NCBI GenBank assembly: GCA_963727485.1
Contig: CAVSGM010000011.1
Location: 930,617 to 994,616 of the forward strand
DNA: 64,000 bases
DNA from: an uncultured delta proteobacterium
Lineage (GTDB): Bacteria; Myxococcota; Myxococcia; SLRQ01
Direction: 5' to 3'
Shown here: positions 19,508-29,800 of the stretch, one piece after another
How the letters are laid out: each line of letters begins with the position of its first letter
How positions within the stretch are numbered: position 1 is the first letter of the stretch
The notes under the pieces: model-generated
The model's database searches: none
Seen by the model: the letters and a program-made list of their open reading frames with translations, nothing else
Told to the model about the DNA's origin: nothing
Position numbers and translations under genes: made by a program

Positions 19508-20002
19508 ATGTTCTGCCCCGACTGCCGCTCCGAGTACCGCGCCGGGATCGCCCGGTGCGCCCACTGCGAGGTCGACCTGGTCGACACCCTCCCCGAGGAG
19601 CGGCCCCTGGGCATCGAGGGGGTCGAAGCGGCGGTGGCCGACGGCACCGCCCTGGTGGTCGCCCGGGGCCCCCTGCAGGCGGTCAACGGGATGCGCGACG
19701 TCCTCGCCCTGAGCCGGGTGCCCACGGTGGTCCGGGCCGACCCCGAGAGCGAGGACCCGACCACCGGCGTCGCCACCCTCTTCGACGTGCTGGTCCACCC
19801 CGACGACGGCGAGGCGGCCGCCGGGGCCCTGGCCGCGGACTTCCAGGGGCTCATCACCGGCTCGGGCCTCGACGTCGGCGACGAGGCGGTGGTCGACCTC
19901 GACGCCGGGGGCGAGATCACCTGCCCGGCCTGCGGCACCGTGTTCCAGGGCGAGGAGTGCCCGGACTGCGGGCTCTTCCTGGGCATCCCCGACGAGGGCT
20001 GA
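19508..20002 (+). CDS. Double zinc-ribbon protein (DUF2007-like core)
   Basis: N-terminal CPDC..EY....CAHC and C-terminal CPAC....CPDC. Confidence 0.7.
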   Translation: MFCPDCRSEYRAGIARCAHCEVDLVDTLPEERPLGIEGVEAAVADGTALVVARGPLQAVNGMRDVLALSRVPTVVRADPESEDPTTGVATLFDVLVHPDDGEAAAGALAADFQGLITGSGLDVGDEAVVDLDAGGEITCPACGTVFQGEECPDCGLFLGIPDEG

Positions 20003-20036
20003 CGGCGCCCCGGGGCTCGGTGGTAGGCTTCAGGGG

Positions 20037-21338
20037 ATGACCACCGACGCCGCCCAGGATGCCGCCCAGGAGGTCGCCGCCGCGGACGTCCGCTGCGCCC
20101 GGTGCGGGGCCCCGGCCGTGTGGGACCCCCAGGCCCGGGGCCTCAGGTGCGGCAGCTGCCAGGCGGTGACCCCGGTCGAGGCACCGCCGCCGCCGGCCGG
20201 GCACACCCTCCAGGACGCGAGCCGGCGGTGGCCCGAACGGCCCCGGCGCCCGGGGAGCTACCGCCTCGGCTGCCCCGAGTGCGGGGCGGTGGTCGACACC
20301 ATCCCCGGGGCCCTCACCGGCGCCTGCCCCTTCTGCGGCAGCGGCGCCGTCGCCGAGGTCGCCGACGACGGCCGGTCCTTTCCGCCGGACGCGGTCCTGC
20401 CCTTCACCGTCTCCCGGGAGGTGGCCCGGGCGGGGTACCGCACCTGGCTCGAGGGGCTGTGGTTTCGCCCCCGGGGCCTCCGCCGCGGGGCCCACCTCGA
20501 CAGCCTCACCCCGGTCTACGTCCCCTTCTGGGCCTTCGACTTCCAGGCCCTCACCGACTGGCGCGTCGACTACGCCAGCTACGAGTCCCAGGTGGGGTTC
20601 AATGGCGGGAACACCCGGCGCCTGGGCCCCTGGAAGGGGATGACCAGCCAGCACGAGGACGACTACGTCGGCGTCCTGGCCCAGGGCTCCACCGGCCTCC
20701 CCGAGGACCTGTGGCGCCGGCTCGAGCCCTTCCCCCTCGACGACGCCCGGGTCTACGACGGCCGGTTCCTCGCGGGCCACCCCGCCGGGGCCGCCCGGGT
20801 CCAGCCCCTCGAGGCCTGGCAGGGGGTGCGCCAGGCCACCGGCACGCGCGCCCGCCTCGAGTGCGAGGCGCGGGTCCCGGGGGACAAGAGCCGAAGGTTC
20901 GAGGCGCGGACGAGCTACCACGAGGTCGCCTTCCGCCAGGTGCTCCTCCCGATCTGGGTCGCCGCCTACCGCTACCGGGGGCGGCCGTTCCGGTTCCTGG
21001 TCAACGGCGCCACCGGCGAGGTCCAGGGGCGGGCGCCCTGGAGCTACCTCAAGATCGCCACCCTGGCGGCGGTGCTCCTCGCGGTCCTCGGGGGCGCCAT
21101 CTGGGGCGCCGGGGTGCCGCTGACCCGGGCCGCCATCGCCCAGCACCACCAGGCCTGGCTCCGGGCGCACCAGGTGGCCCCGCACGCGCCCACGCCCACC
21201 GAGCGGCGGACGGCCGAGGAGGCCAGGGCGCGGTCGCTGGGGATCGAGCCGGCGATCCCGCCGGGAAGCAAGCCCGTCCACCTGCGCCACTTCGGGGGCC
21301 GGGAGGACGCGCGCGCGGGCAGGGCGGCCGGGCCATGA
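20037..21338 (+). CDS. Zn-ribbon membrane protein, YdjG-like family, paralog 1
   Basis: Four CxxC pairs, VLPFTVS, VYVPFWAF, LEPF, YDGRFLAG, LLPIWVAAYRY...FLVNGATGEVQG, TM helix. Confidence 0.75.
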   Translation: MTTDAAQDAAQEVAAADVRCARCGAPAVWDPQARGLRCGSCQAVTPVEAPPPPAGHTLQDASRRWPERPRRPGSYRLGCPECGAVVDTIPGALTGACPFCGSGAVAEVADDGRSFPPDAVLPFTVSREVARAGYRTWLEGLWFRPRGLRRGAHLDSLTPVYVPFWAFDFQALTDWRVDYASYESQVGFNGGNTRRLGPWKGMTSQHEDDYVGVLAQGSTGLPEDLWRRLEPFPLDDARVYDGRFLAGHPAGAARVQPLEAWQGVRQATGTRARLECEARVPGDKSRRFEARTSYHEVAFRQVLLPIWVAAYRYRGRPFRFLVNGATGEVQGRAPWSYLKIATLAAVLLAVLGGAIWGAGVPLTRAAIAQHHQAWLRAHQVAPHAPTPTERRTAEEARARSLGIEPAIPPGSKPVHLRHFGGREDARAGRAAGP

Positions 21339-22648
21339 GTGGGCCGCGCCAGCCGCCGGATCCGGCCGTCGCCGCCGAGGTGCGCTGCCCGGGCTGCGGG
21401 GCCCCGGTCACCTGGGATCCCGCGTCGAAGGCCCTGCGCTGCGAGAGCTGCGGCGCCCGCACCGAGGTAGCCGCGGAGCCCGGCGCCGGGACGACGCACA
21501 CCCTGGAGGAGGCGAGCCACCGCTGGCCCGATCGTCCCCGCCGCCCGGGGATCCTCCGCCTCCAGTGCGCCGAGTGCGGGGCGGTGGTGGAGGCCCTGCC
21601 TGGGGCGCTCACCGCGCGGTGCGCCTTCTGTGGGAGCGCCGAGGTGGCCGAGGCAAAGGACGACGGCCGGTCCTTCCCGCCGGACGCGGTGCTCCCCTTC
21701 ACCGTGTCCCGGGAGGCGGCGACGGCGGCCTACCGGAGGTGGCTCGGCGGCCACTGGCTGCGCCCCGGGGGGCTGGCGCGCCGGAGCCACCTCGAGCGCC
21801 TGACGCCCGTCTACGTACCCTTCTGGGCGTTCTCCTTCGGGAGCCACGTGGACTGGGGGGTCGACGTCGGCCGGGAGCGCGCCGAGGTCGACGTGGGCCT
21901 CATCGGGGCCTCGGCGGGCGAGATGGACTGGAGCCGCGCCACCGGCGACCTCGAGCACACCCGCACTGACGTCCTGGCCCAGGGATCCACCGGGGTCCCG
22001 GAGGCACTGTGGCGGGCGATCGAGCCGTTCCCGGTCGGCGAGGCGACCCCCTACGATCCGCGTTTCCTCGAGGGCTTCGCCGCCGAGCACGCACGGCTGC
22101 AGCCCCTGCAGGCCTGGGAGTCCGTCCGGGACGCCACCGAGGATCTGGAGCGGGCAGCGGTCGAGGACACCCTCCCCATCGGGCGGCACCGGCGCCTCTC
22201 GATGAAGCTGAGCTACCGCGACGTGGCCTTCCAGCAGGTGCTCCTGCCCATCTGGGTCGCCGCCTACCGCTACCGGGGCGACGCCTACCGGTTCCTGGTC
22301 AACGGCGCCACCGGCGAGGTCCAGGGGAAGCTGCCCGTGAGCCGGCTCCGGGTGGCCGCGGTCGCCCTGGTGGTCCTGGTCGCCCTCGCGGGGCTGCTCA
22401 ACGCGATGGGGCCGGCGGTGGTGGGCGCCGCCCGGCACCTCGGGCACGTCGCCGAGCAGGCGCTCCCCGGGTCCCACGCACCTCCGCCCCGGATGACCCC
22501 CGAGGAGCGCGCCCGGGCGGCGGGGCTGACGCCGGCGTCCCACGCCACCGGGCCGGTCCACCTGCGCCACTTCGATGAGCGCCGCCACCGCTCCGATGGC
22601 GGACCGCCGCAGAGGGGGACGTCGCCACCCGGAGGCAGCGGGCGGTGA
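21335..22648 (+). CDS. Zn-ribbon membrane protein, YdjG-like family, paralog 2
   Basis: ATG 21335 overlaps the paralog 1 stop; same motif set. Confidence 0.75.
   Translation: MSGPRQPPDPAVAAEVRCPGCGAPVTWDPASKALRCESCGARTEVAAEPGAGTTHTLEEASHRWPDRPRRPGILRLQCAECGAVVEALPGALTARCAFCGSAEVAEAKDDGRSFPPDAVLPFTVSREAATAAYRRWLGGHWLRPGGLARRSHLERLTPVYVPFWAFSFGSHVDWGVDVGRERAEVDVGLIGASAGEMDWSRATGDLEHTRTDVLAQGSTGVPEALWRAIEPFPVGEATPYDPRFLEGFAAEHARLQPLQAWESVRDATEDLERAAVEDTLPIGRHRRLSMKLSYRDVAFQQVLLPIWVAAYRYRGDAYRFLVNGATGEVQGKLPVSRLRVAAVALVVLVALAGLLNAMGPAVVGAARHLGHVAEQALPGSHAPPPRMTPEERARAAGLTPASHATGPVHLRHFDERRHRSDGGPPQRGTSPPGGSGR
21365..21796 (+). repeat. 432-bp direct repeat, copy 1
   Basis: Matches 22663-23094 at offset 1298; the only mismatch I found is G21739/A23037 (synonymous AGG/AGA). 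Confidence 0.9.
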
Positions 22649-23901
22649 GCGACGCAGCTACCGCCGTCGCCGCCGAGGTGCGCTGCCCGGGCTGCGGGGC
22701 CCCGGTCACCTGGGATCCCGCGTCGAAGGCCCTGCGCTGCGAGAGCTGCGGCGCCCGCACCGAGGTAGCCGCGGAGCCCGGCGCCGGGACGACGCACACC
22801 CTGGAGGAGGCGAGCCACCGCTGGCCCGATCGTCCCCGCCGCCCGGGGATCCTCCGCCTCCAGTGCGCCGAGTGCGGGGCGGTGGTGGAGGCCCTGCCTG
22901 GGGCGCTCACCGCGCGGTGCGCCTTCTGTGGGAGCGCCGAGGTGGCCGAGGCAAAGGACGACGGCCGGTCCTTCCCGCCGGACGCGGTGCTCCCCTTCAC
23001 CGTGTCCCGGGAGGCGGCGACGGCGGCCTACCGGAGATGGCTCGGCGGCCACTGGCTGCGCCCCGGGGGGCTGGCGCGCCGGAGCCACCTCGAGTCGTTG
23101 GTGCCCGTCTACGTGCCCTTCTTCGCCTTCGACTTTGCGACCCACACCGAGTGGGGCAGCGACCTCGGCCACCTGGAGACGGACGTCGACGCTGGCGGCC
23201 ATGTGCGCCTGCGGGTGAGGGACTGGCGCCGGGTGGTCGGCGAGCTCGACCACCGGTGGCGCGGGGTCCTGGCCCAGGGGTCCACGGGCATCCCCGAGGC
23301 CCTGTGGCGGAGCCTCGAGCCCTTCCCCGTTGCCGACGCCGCGCCCTACGATCCGCGCTTCCTGGCGGGGTTCGCCGCCGAGGGGGCCGGGGCCCAGCCG
23401 CTTGCCGCCTGGCAGGCGGTGCGCGCCACCACCGAGGCCAGGGAGCGGGAGGCCGCCGCCGCCGAGGTTCCCGAGGGCCAGCACCGGAACCTCACCGCCA
23501 AGGTCAGCTACCGGGACGTCCACTTTCGCCATGTCCTCCTCCCGGTCTGGGTGGCGGCCTACCGCTACCGGGGCCGGGTGTTCCGGTTTGGCGTCAACGG
23601 TGCCACCGGCGAGGTGGCCGGCCGGGCGCCGAGGAGTGGCTTGCGCCTCGCCGCGGTGGCCCTGGTCGTCCTGGCGCTTCTCGTGGGTGGCTTCCAGCTG
23701 CTCCGTCCGACCCTGGCCGGCCTGGCCCGCCAGGTCGCCGCCACGTTCCCCGCCGAGCGCCCGGTGAAGCACCAGCTCACGCCCGAGGAGCGGGCCCGGG
23801 CCGCGGGGCTGACGCCAGTGCATCGCGCCGGGGGCCCAATCCACCTGCGGCACTTCCACGCCCCGAGCCGGCACCGCGGCGCCGCGCCCCCTCCGCCTTG
23901 A
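22645..23901 (+). CDS. Zn-ribbon membrane protein, YdjG-like family, paralog 3
   Basis: GTG 22645 overlaps the paralog 2 stop; same motif set. Confidence 0.75.
   Translation: MSDAATAVAAEVRCPGCGAPVTWDPASKALRCESCGARTEVAAEPGAGTTHTLEEASHRWPDRPRRPGILRLQCAECGAVVEALPGALTARCAFCGSAEVAEAKDDGRSFPPDAVLPFTVSREAATAAYRRWLGGHWLRPGGLARRSHLESLVPVYVPFFAFDFATHTEWGSDLGHLETDVDAGGHVRLRVRDWRRVVGELDHRWRGVLAQGSTGIPEALWRSLEPFPVADAAPYDPRFLAGFAAEGAGAQPLAAWQAVRATTEAREREAAAAEVPEGQHRNLTAKVSYRDVHFRHVLLPVWVAAYRYRGRVFRFGVNGATGEVAGRAPRSGLRLAAVALVVLALLVGGFQLLRPTLAGLARQVAATFPAERPVKHQLTPEERARAAGLTPVHRAGGPIHLRHFHAPSRHRGAAPPPP
22663..23094 (+). repeat. 432-bp direct repeat, copy 2
   Basis: Matches 21365-21796. Confidence 0.9.
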
Positions 23902-23932
23902 AAGCCGACCGCCAGGTGGGGTAACAACCGCC

Positions 23933-24951
23933 ATGGCCAACTCGGATCTGTCACGGACGCGAGCTCGTCGACCTCCACATCCACGTCGGCGCCTCGGTGG
24001 GCCCGCACATCCTCTGGTCCATCGCCCACGCCCAGGGCTACAAGCTGCCGGTGCGGGACTACTGGGAGTTCGTGGACCTGGTCACCGCCAGCCCGGCGTC
24101 GGTGGGCTCCCTGGAGAGCTACCTCAAGATCCTCCACGAGGTGACCGAGAAGATCCAGTCGAGCCCCATGGCGGTGGAGCGCTCGGTCTACGAGATCATC
24201 GGCAAGGAGTACCGGGGCTCCCACGTCACCCACATCGAGCTGCGCTACAACCCCATGAAGCGCAACCAGGAGGGTGAGCGCGACCTCGACCACATCATCC
24301 ACGCGTCGATCCGCGGGATGGATCGCGCCGTCCTCGAGTACCAGGTGAAGGCCGGGCTCATCTTCTGCCTCGCCCGGGAGTTCACCCCCGAGCTCAACGA
24401 GATCATCCTCCAGAAGGCCATCCGCTACCGGGGCCGCGGGGTGGTGGGCATCGACCTCGCGGGGACGGAGAAGGGCGCCGTCGAGCTCAAGGAGGACGAG
24501 GTCAAGCGCTACCGGGACATCTACGCCGAGGCCCGGCGCATGGGGCTGGGCACCACGGTGCACACCGGCGAGACCCGTCACACCTCCGGGGAGGGCGTCG
24601 CCGCGGTGGTGGAGCACCTGCGGCCCCACCGCATCGGCCACGGGATCCGGGCGGCGTACTCGGAGCCGGCGATGAAGGTCCTCCGGGAGACCGGGACCGT
24701 CCTGGAGATCTGCCCCACCAGCAACCTCCAGACCAACGCGGTGGAGGGGATGGACGAGCTGGTGCACATCCTCCGGACCTTCGACGACCGGGGGGTGCGC
24801 TACACCATCAACACCGACGGGACCTACATGCTGGGCACGGACCTGCGCCGGGAGGTGCAGCTCCTCGAGGAGGCGGGCGTCCTCGACGACGACGCGGCTG
24901 CAGCGGTGCCTGGCCACCAGCCGCGAGGCGTCGTTCATCGGCGCCCGGTGA
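23933..24951 (+). CDS. Adenosine deaminase-family amidohydrolase (two apparent frameshifts)
   Basis: ELVDLHIHVG, ELRYNP, VVGIDLAG, VHTGE, RIGHG, EICPTSN, INTDG. ATG 23933 is out of frame with the HxH motif (shift near 23950). The natural end RLQRCLATSREASFIGAR* (stop 24951) needs a shift near 24890. Confidence 0.8.
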
Positions 24952-24981
24952 CCGCCGGGCCCGGGGGCGCCGGCGGCCGCG

Positions 24982-26720
24982 TCAGTCGGCGGCGACCCGG
25001 AGGACGGTGAGGAGCGCCGGGTCCGGGGTCTCGCCGGCGGCGACCACCGGCCCCACCTCGGCGGCGAGGCGGGCGAGCGCCAGGGCCTCGAGGGCCGCCG
25101 CCGCCTCGGCGTGCTCGGGCCCGGTCGTCGTGAGGCCGTGGTGGAGGGCCTCGGCGAAGGCCGGGGTCACGGCACCCTTCGGGTCCACGGCCGAGGCCAG
25201 GGCCCGGGCGGCGGCGTCCGGGGCGAGGGCCTCGGGGGAGAAGGCCCCCCCGGTGGCGGCCCGGGCGGCGGCGGTGAGGGCCCGGGTGGACAGGGGCACC
25301 GCCTCGGGGTCCGGGTCCGGGAGGACGTGGAGCTCGAGGGCCACGGCCAGGTGCGCGGCGGCCTCGGCGCGGTCGAGGGCCCGGCCCACGGTCTCGAGAT
25401 CCGTCGGGCTGGCGAAGGCGCGCCGCCCCGCGGGGGCGTCGACGTCCGGGGCCTCGGCGGCGGCCAGGGCCCCCTCGGGCGCCTCCGGCCAGCCGGCGGC
25501 CAGCGCCCGGTCGAGGGCCACGGCCACCCGGGGGCGGCGACCGGCGACCGCGGCGACCACCGGCCCCTCGGGGGCGTCGAGGAGGCCGGCGAGGCCGTCC
25601 GGGGGCAGGCCGGTCCCGGCGGCGAGGCGGTCCACCCGCCACCCGAGGCGCAGGGTCAGCGAGAAGCCCACCTGGAAGAGGTGCTTGGGGGCGGCGGTGG
25701 CCAGCACCGTCGCCGCCCGGTCGACGTCGCCGCCCGAGAGGTGGGTGAGGGCGAGGTCGAGGTAGGCCCGCATCCGGGCGATGGCGTCGCGGACCCCGTC
25801 CACCTCCGAGGGGTCGACGCCGTCGGCGACCAGGACGGTGTTGGCCAGGTACATCAGGCCCCGGTCGAGGCGGGTGCGGGCGTCGGCGCCGGTGATGGCG
25901 GCGGCGGCCCGGTCCAGGAGGCTCCCGCCGACGAACTCGGCGAGGAAGAACCCGGGGACCTCGTCGGTGGCCGGCGGCTGGGGGGGAGCTCGGCGTCGGG
26001 GTCGACGTAGGCGTAGAGGGCGGCGGCGAGCTCCGCCGGCGGGAAGCCCAGGTCCTCGAGGCGCCCGTTGCGAAAGCGCAGGGCGTGCTCCTCCATCTCG
26101 CTCGCCAGCTCCCAGCGCACCGCCGAGAGGAGCCGCGCGGCGCCGAAGGCATCCTCGGCGTAGAGGTCGTCCACCAGGCGCCGGAGCTCGGCGCCCTCGA
26201 GCTCTCCGAGGTTGTAGGCGATGAGGAAGTTGCCGCAGGGCGTCTTGAACCACTGGTGGTCGCCGGGATCGGTGGTGGGCCGGGGCTGCTCCTCCTCCTC
26301 CCGGATGTCGATGATCTCCAGCCCGTGCTTGAGGATCAGCTCGACCACCTCGAGGTCCAGGGCCTTGAGCTTGGCGTCGTGGGCCTCGTCGCCGCCCTGG
26401 CGCCCCACGGCGAGCCAGCCGAGGACCCGCTCGGGGACCAGGTGCCCGCCGGTCTCCTCGCGCCGCCAGCCGTCGAGGTCGACGAAGGCCTGGAACTGCT
26501 CGGGGCTCGCCAGCGCCACCAGGGGCGCCGCGTCCTGGAGGCCGATCTCCCGGACCAGGAAGTAGAGGTCCTCGGAGGGCAGGGCGCGGACCAGCTCGCC
26601 GGCGTTCTCCCGGTCGAGGATCACGCGCATCCGCTTGAGGCCCACCTCGCGGTGGACGCTCCGCCCGACGGCCTCCACCGGGGCCGAGAGGGGGACCACC
26701 CTGTCGTTGGTGTCGGTCAC
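24982..26720 (-). CDS. DUF6178-like protein (frameshift at G-run near 25985)
   Basis: LVRALPSEDLYFLVREIGLQDA, FVDLDGW, EEHALRFRNGRLEDLGFP, continuing in a second frame with YLANTVLVAD...YLDLAL...LFQVGFSL. GTG start 26720. Family name is from memory. Confidence 0.65.
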
Positions 26721-26865
26721 GGGGCGCCCTTCCAAAGAAGGGAACGGGCCGGCGGCGGCCGCCTCAGGGACCGGCACGACCCCATGCCGTGCCAGGCGTC
26801 TTCAACCCTGAACGCCCACTTCGCCGACCCGTATCCGGATGCTGCTGGCGCGAGGCCGCCCGGTA

Positions 26866-27057
26866 TCAGGCGACCTTGACGATCTTGCCGGCCTTGATGC
26901 AGCGGGTACACACCCGCACGGTCTTCACCGTGCCCGCCACGTTGGCCTTCACGCGCTGGATGTTGGGGAGCCAACGCCGGCGCGTCTTGTTGTTCGCGTG
27001 GGAGACGTTGTTCCCACTCTGGGGGCCTTTTCCGCAAATCTCGCAACGACGTGCCAT
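26866..27057 (-). CDS. rpmB: 50S ribosomal protein L28 (Zn-binding type)
   Basis: [34 protein letters not shown]...[17 protein letters not shown]. Confidence 0.97.
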   Translation of the reverse strand: MARRCEICGKGPQSGNNVSHANNKTRRRWLPNIQRVKANVAGTVKTVRVCTRCIKAGKIVKVA

Positions 27058-27158
27058 GTCTGACTCCGCTGGCGCCAAGGAAGCGGGCTACTTACACGCT
27101 CGTGGGGGCTCGCGCAACCCCCTTTGGGCCCCCGGAGGGTCGTGCTAGCCTCCCCGAC

Positions 27159-28317
27159 ATGCAAGCCGGGCGCATGGTAGCCGCGATCGCCCTCGTCGGG
27201 GCGACGCTGTGGGCCACCCCCGCCCGGGCCCGGGGCCGGGACATGGGGATTATCACCTATGGCACCCCGGAGGCGGCGGTCACCGCTGCCCGGGACGGCC
27301 TCCGGGACGCCGTCTCCGACGCCGGTGGGATTCCGCCTCCGGGCCCTGGGTCGCCGCGAGCGCCGGCGGGTCGAGGCCGAGGCCGAGCGTTGCCATCTCC
27401 GGGCCCCGTGCCTCCGCCGCCTCGCCCGGCGCCTCCACCTGGGCCTCCTGGTGGTCGAGGTTCGCCAGCGCGCCGACGGGGTCGCCCTGCGCCAGCGCCT
27501 GGTCTCCGCCCGTGGGGGTCGGGGGGGCTGGGCCGAGCGCGCCGCCCTCGATCCCACCGAGGTCGGGGCCGCGGCCTACGCCGCCGCCTTCCAGGCCCTC
27601 GGGGGCCGGGGCAGAGGCGAGGTGACCGTCGGCACCCCGGGCCTCACCGGCCAGGTCCGCCTCGGCCCCACGCCCGCGGGCCCGACGCCGGTGGTCCGCC
27701 GCACGGTCCCCGCCGGGGCGATCCGGATCACCGTGACCGCCGACGGCTACCTCCCCTGGCACCGGCTGGTGGCGGTGCGCCCGGGGGCGAAGCTGGTCGT
27801 CCGGGCCACCCTCTCCCCCAACCCCACCGCCGTGCCCCTGGCGGCCCTGGTGCCCCCGAGCCGGGCGAAGCCCGAGGCCCCGGCGGCCGGGGCCAAGACC
27901 GCCGACGCCCCCGAGGTCCGAAGGGCCCCGCCCCCGCCCGGTGCCGCGCCCGGCGGCCCCGACGTCTCCCCGGCCGCCGTCGCCCGGGCGGCGGACCAGG
28001 TCGACGCCCACCGACACGCCCCGGCCACCCGCCTCCCCGGGACCCGCCCCGGGGTCGGCGCCGGCGCCTGGATCGCGCTGGGCACCGGGGCCGCCGCCCT
28101 CGCCGTCGGGGCGGTGTTCGGGGTCAGCGCCCAGGGCAACGCCGCCGCCGCCCAGGACCCGGCCACCGCCCAGGTCCTGGTCCCCGGCCTCAACGGCCGG
28201 ATGAGCCAGCAGGCCACCGTCGCCAACGTGCTCCTGGCCGCCGGGACGGCGGTCGCCGGGATCGGCACCTGGCTGATGATCCACGACCTCTCGAGCGCGC
28301 CCGCTACTGATCCTTGA
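27159..28317 (+). CDS. Secreted PEGA-like domain protein (frameshift near 27330)
   Basis: Signal peptide MQAGRMVAAIALVGATLWATPARA. The second frame gives C...CLRRLARRL, PEGA-like ITVTADGYLPWHRLVAV, and a hydrophobic C-terminal hairpin typical of myxobacterial PEGA proteins. Confidence 0.6.
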
Positions 28318-29800
28318 GGGGGTCGTGGCGCTTGGCGGTGCCCGCGACGATCTCCGCGGCCCGCCAGCCCGCCAGCAGCTCCCCCTCGAGCCCGAGCCCC
28401 GGGACCACCTCGCGCCCGGCGAGGACCAGGTTCTTGTAGGGCGTCCGCGGCGGCAGCACCCCCACGCCGTAGGCGGCGTCCCGGTCGGTCTCCAGGAGGG
28501 GGTGGGGCACCAGGCGCGCGCCCCGGGCGGGCCCGCGCCGGGCGAGGTAGGGCGAGCTCGCCGCCACCAGGTGCCGGTCGAGGAAGGGCATCAGGTCGCC
28601 GCGGAGGACGTCCTGGACCTGGCCCTGGACCTCCTCGAGGTAGGCGTCGCCCAGGTCCCGGCGGCTCGCGGGGATGAAGCACGAGGCCTGGAGCACCACC
28701 CGCGCCCGGTCCGGGCCCTCGGGGGTGATGGCGTCGAAGCGCTGGAGCACCAGGCGCCGGGCGACCTCCGGGGCCCCGTCGCCGGCGAGGTGGATCGCCA
28801 CCTCCCCGAGGCCCACCGGCCACCCCTCGCGCCGGAGGACCAGGTTCACGGTGAACAGGACCTCCCGGGGGCGGATGGAGTCGAGGGTCGAGTCGTAGCG
28901 CTTGCGGCGGCCGCCGAGGGGGATGAGGCGGCGCAGCACCGCGGCGTCGACCCCGCTCACCAGGAACCGGCACCGGTACTCGGAGGGATCGCCCAGGACC
29001 TTGACCCCGGCGACCCGGCCGCCCTCGACGAGGATCTCCTCGGCGACGGCGTTCCCCCCGCCCACGGACACGCCCCCGAGCTCCCCGAAGCGCTTGTGGA
29101 GGAGGCTGGCGTAGCCGCCCCAGGCCCCGGGGCCGTCGAGGCGGTGGACCCCGTGGAGGAGCCGCGCCGACGCGCGCACGGTGCGCAGGGGGCTGGCGTC
29201 GTCGCTGGCGAGGTAGGTGGAGAGGCGGCCGAGGGTGGCCACCGCCTCGCCGAGGAGGCCCTCGGTGGGGGGCAGGGGCGTGGGCCGGTCGAGGGGGACG
29301 CCCCGGGCGGCGCGGGAGAGCTCCCGGCGCTCGCCGAAGCCGTCAGGGGGCAGGGGGGGCAGGGCGGCGAGCAGCGGGTCGAGGGCGAGGTCGGCCTCGA
29401 GGAGGGCGTCGAGGGCGGCGCTCGCGGCCTCGCCCCCGGCGTCGCCGAGGTCCCGGCGCAGCTCCCGGGCCCGGGCGGCCTTCTCGTGGGGGAGGTCGAG
29501 GCGGTGGCCCGGGGCCAGGATTTGGAGGTCCGGGGTCTGGTGGCGCAGGACGCGCCCGGCTTCGGTGGTGAGCGCCAGGGCCTTCATCACCTCGGTGATG
29601 ATGGGCGAGCTCTTGGGACCGGGCAACAGCTCGGGCCCCAGCGGCAGGCGCAGCCCGGCGTCCTCGTAGCCCCCCTCGAGGCCGTCGTGCTCCACGTGGA
29701 GGACCTTGTAGCCCCGCCGCGCCAGGAGGCAGGCGGCGGCCAGCGGCCCCGCGTGGCCACCGACGACGATGACATCGACCAGGCGCCGGGTGGTGCTCAC
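28304..29800 (-). CDS. FAD-dependent oxidoreductase (phytoene dehydrogenase-like fold)
   Basis: GTG 29800 overlaps the purN stop; DVIVVGGHAGPLAAACLLARRGYKVLHVE; C-terminal TPYKNLVLAG...PGLGLEG. Confidence 0.75.
   Translation of the reverse strand: MSTTRRLVDVIVVGGHAGPLAAACLLARRGYKVLHVEHDGLEGGYEDAGLRLPLGPELLPGPKSSPIITEVMKALALTTEAGRVLRHQTPDLQILAPGHRLDLPHEKAARARELRRDLGDAGGEAASAALDALLEADLALDPLLAALPPLPPDGFGERRELSRAARGVPLDRPTPLPPTEGLLGEAVATLGRLSTYLASDDASPLRTVRASARLLHGVHRLDGPGAWGGYASLLHKRFGELGGVSVGGGNAVAEEILVEGGRVAGVKVLGDPSEYRCRFLVSGVDAAVLRRLIPLGGRRKRYDSTLDSIRPREVLFTVNLVLRREGWPVGLGEVAIHLAGDGAPEVARRLVLQRFDAITPEGPDRARVVLQASCFIPASRRDLGDAYLEEVQGQVQDVLRGDLMPFLDRHLVAASSPYLARRGPARGARLVPHPLLETDRDAAYGVGVLPPRTPYKNLVLAGREVVPGLGLEGELLAGWRAAEIVAGTAKRHDPLKDQ

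Noticed and set aside
21365..23094. 432-bp repeat pair as a diversity-generating retroelement TR/VR
   Set aside because: Only one mismatch, both copies are 5' coding regions, and no reverse transcriptase is present.
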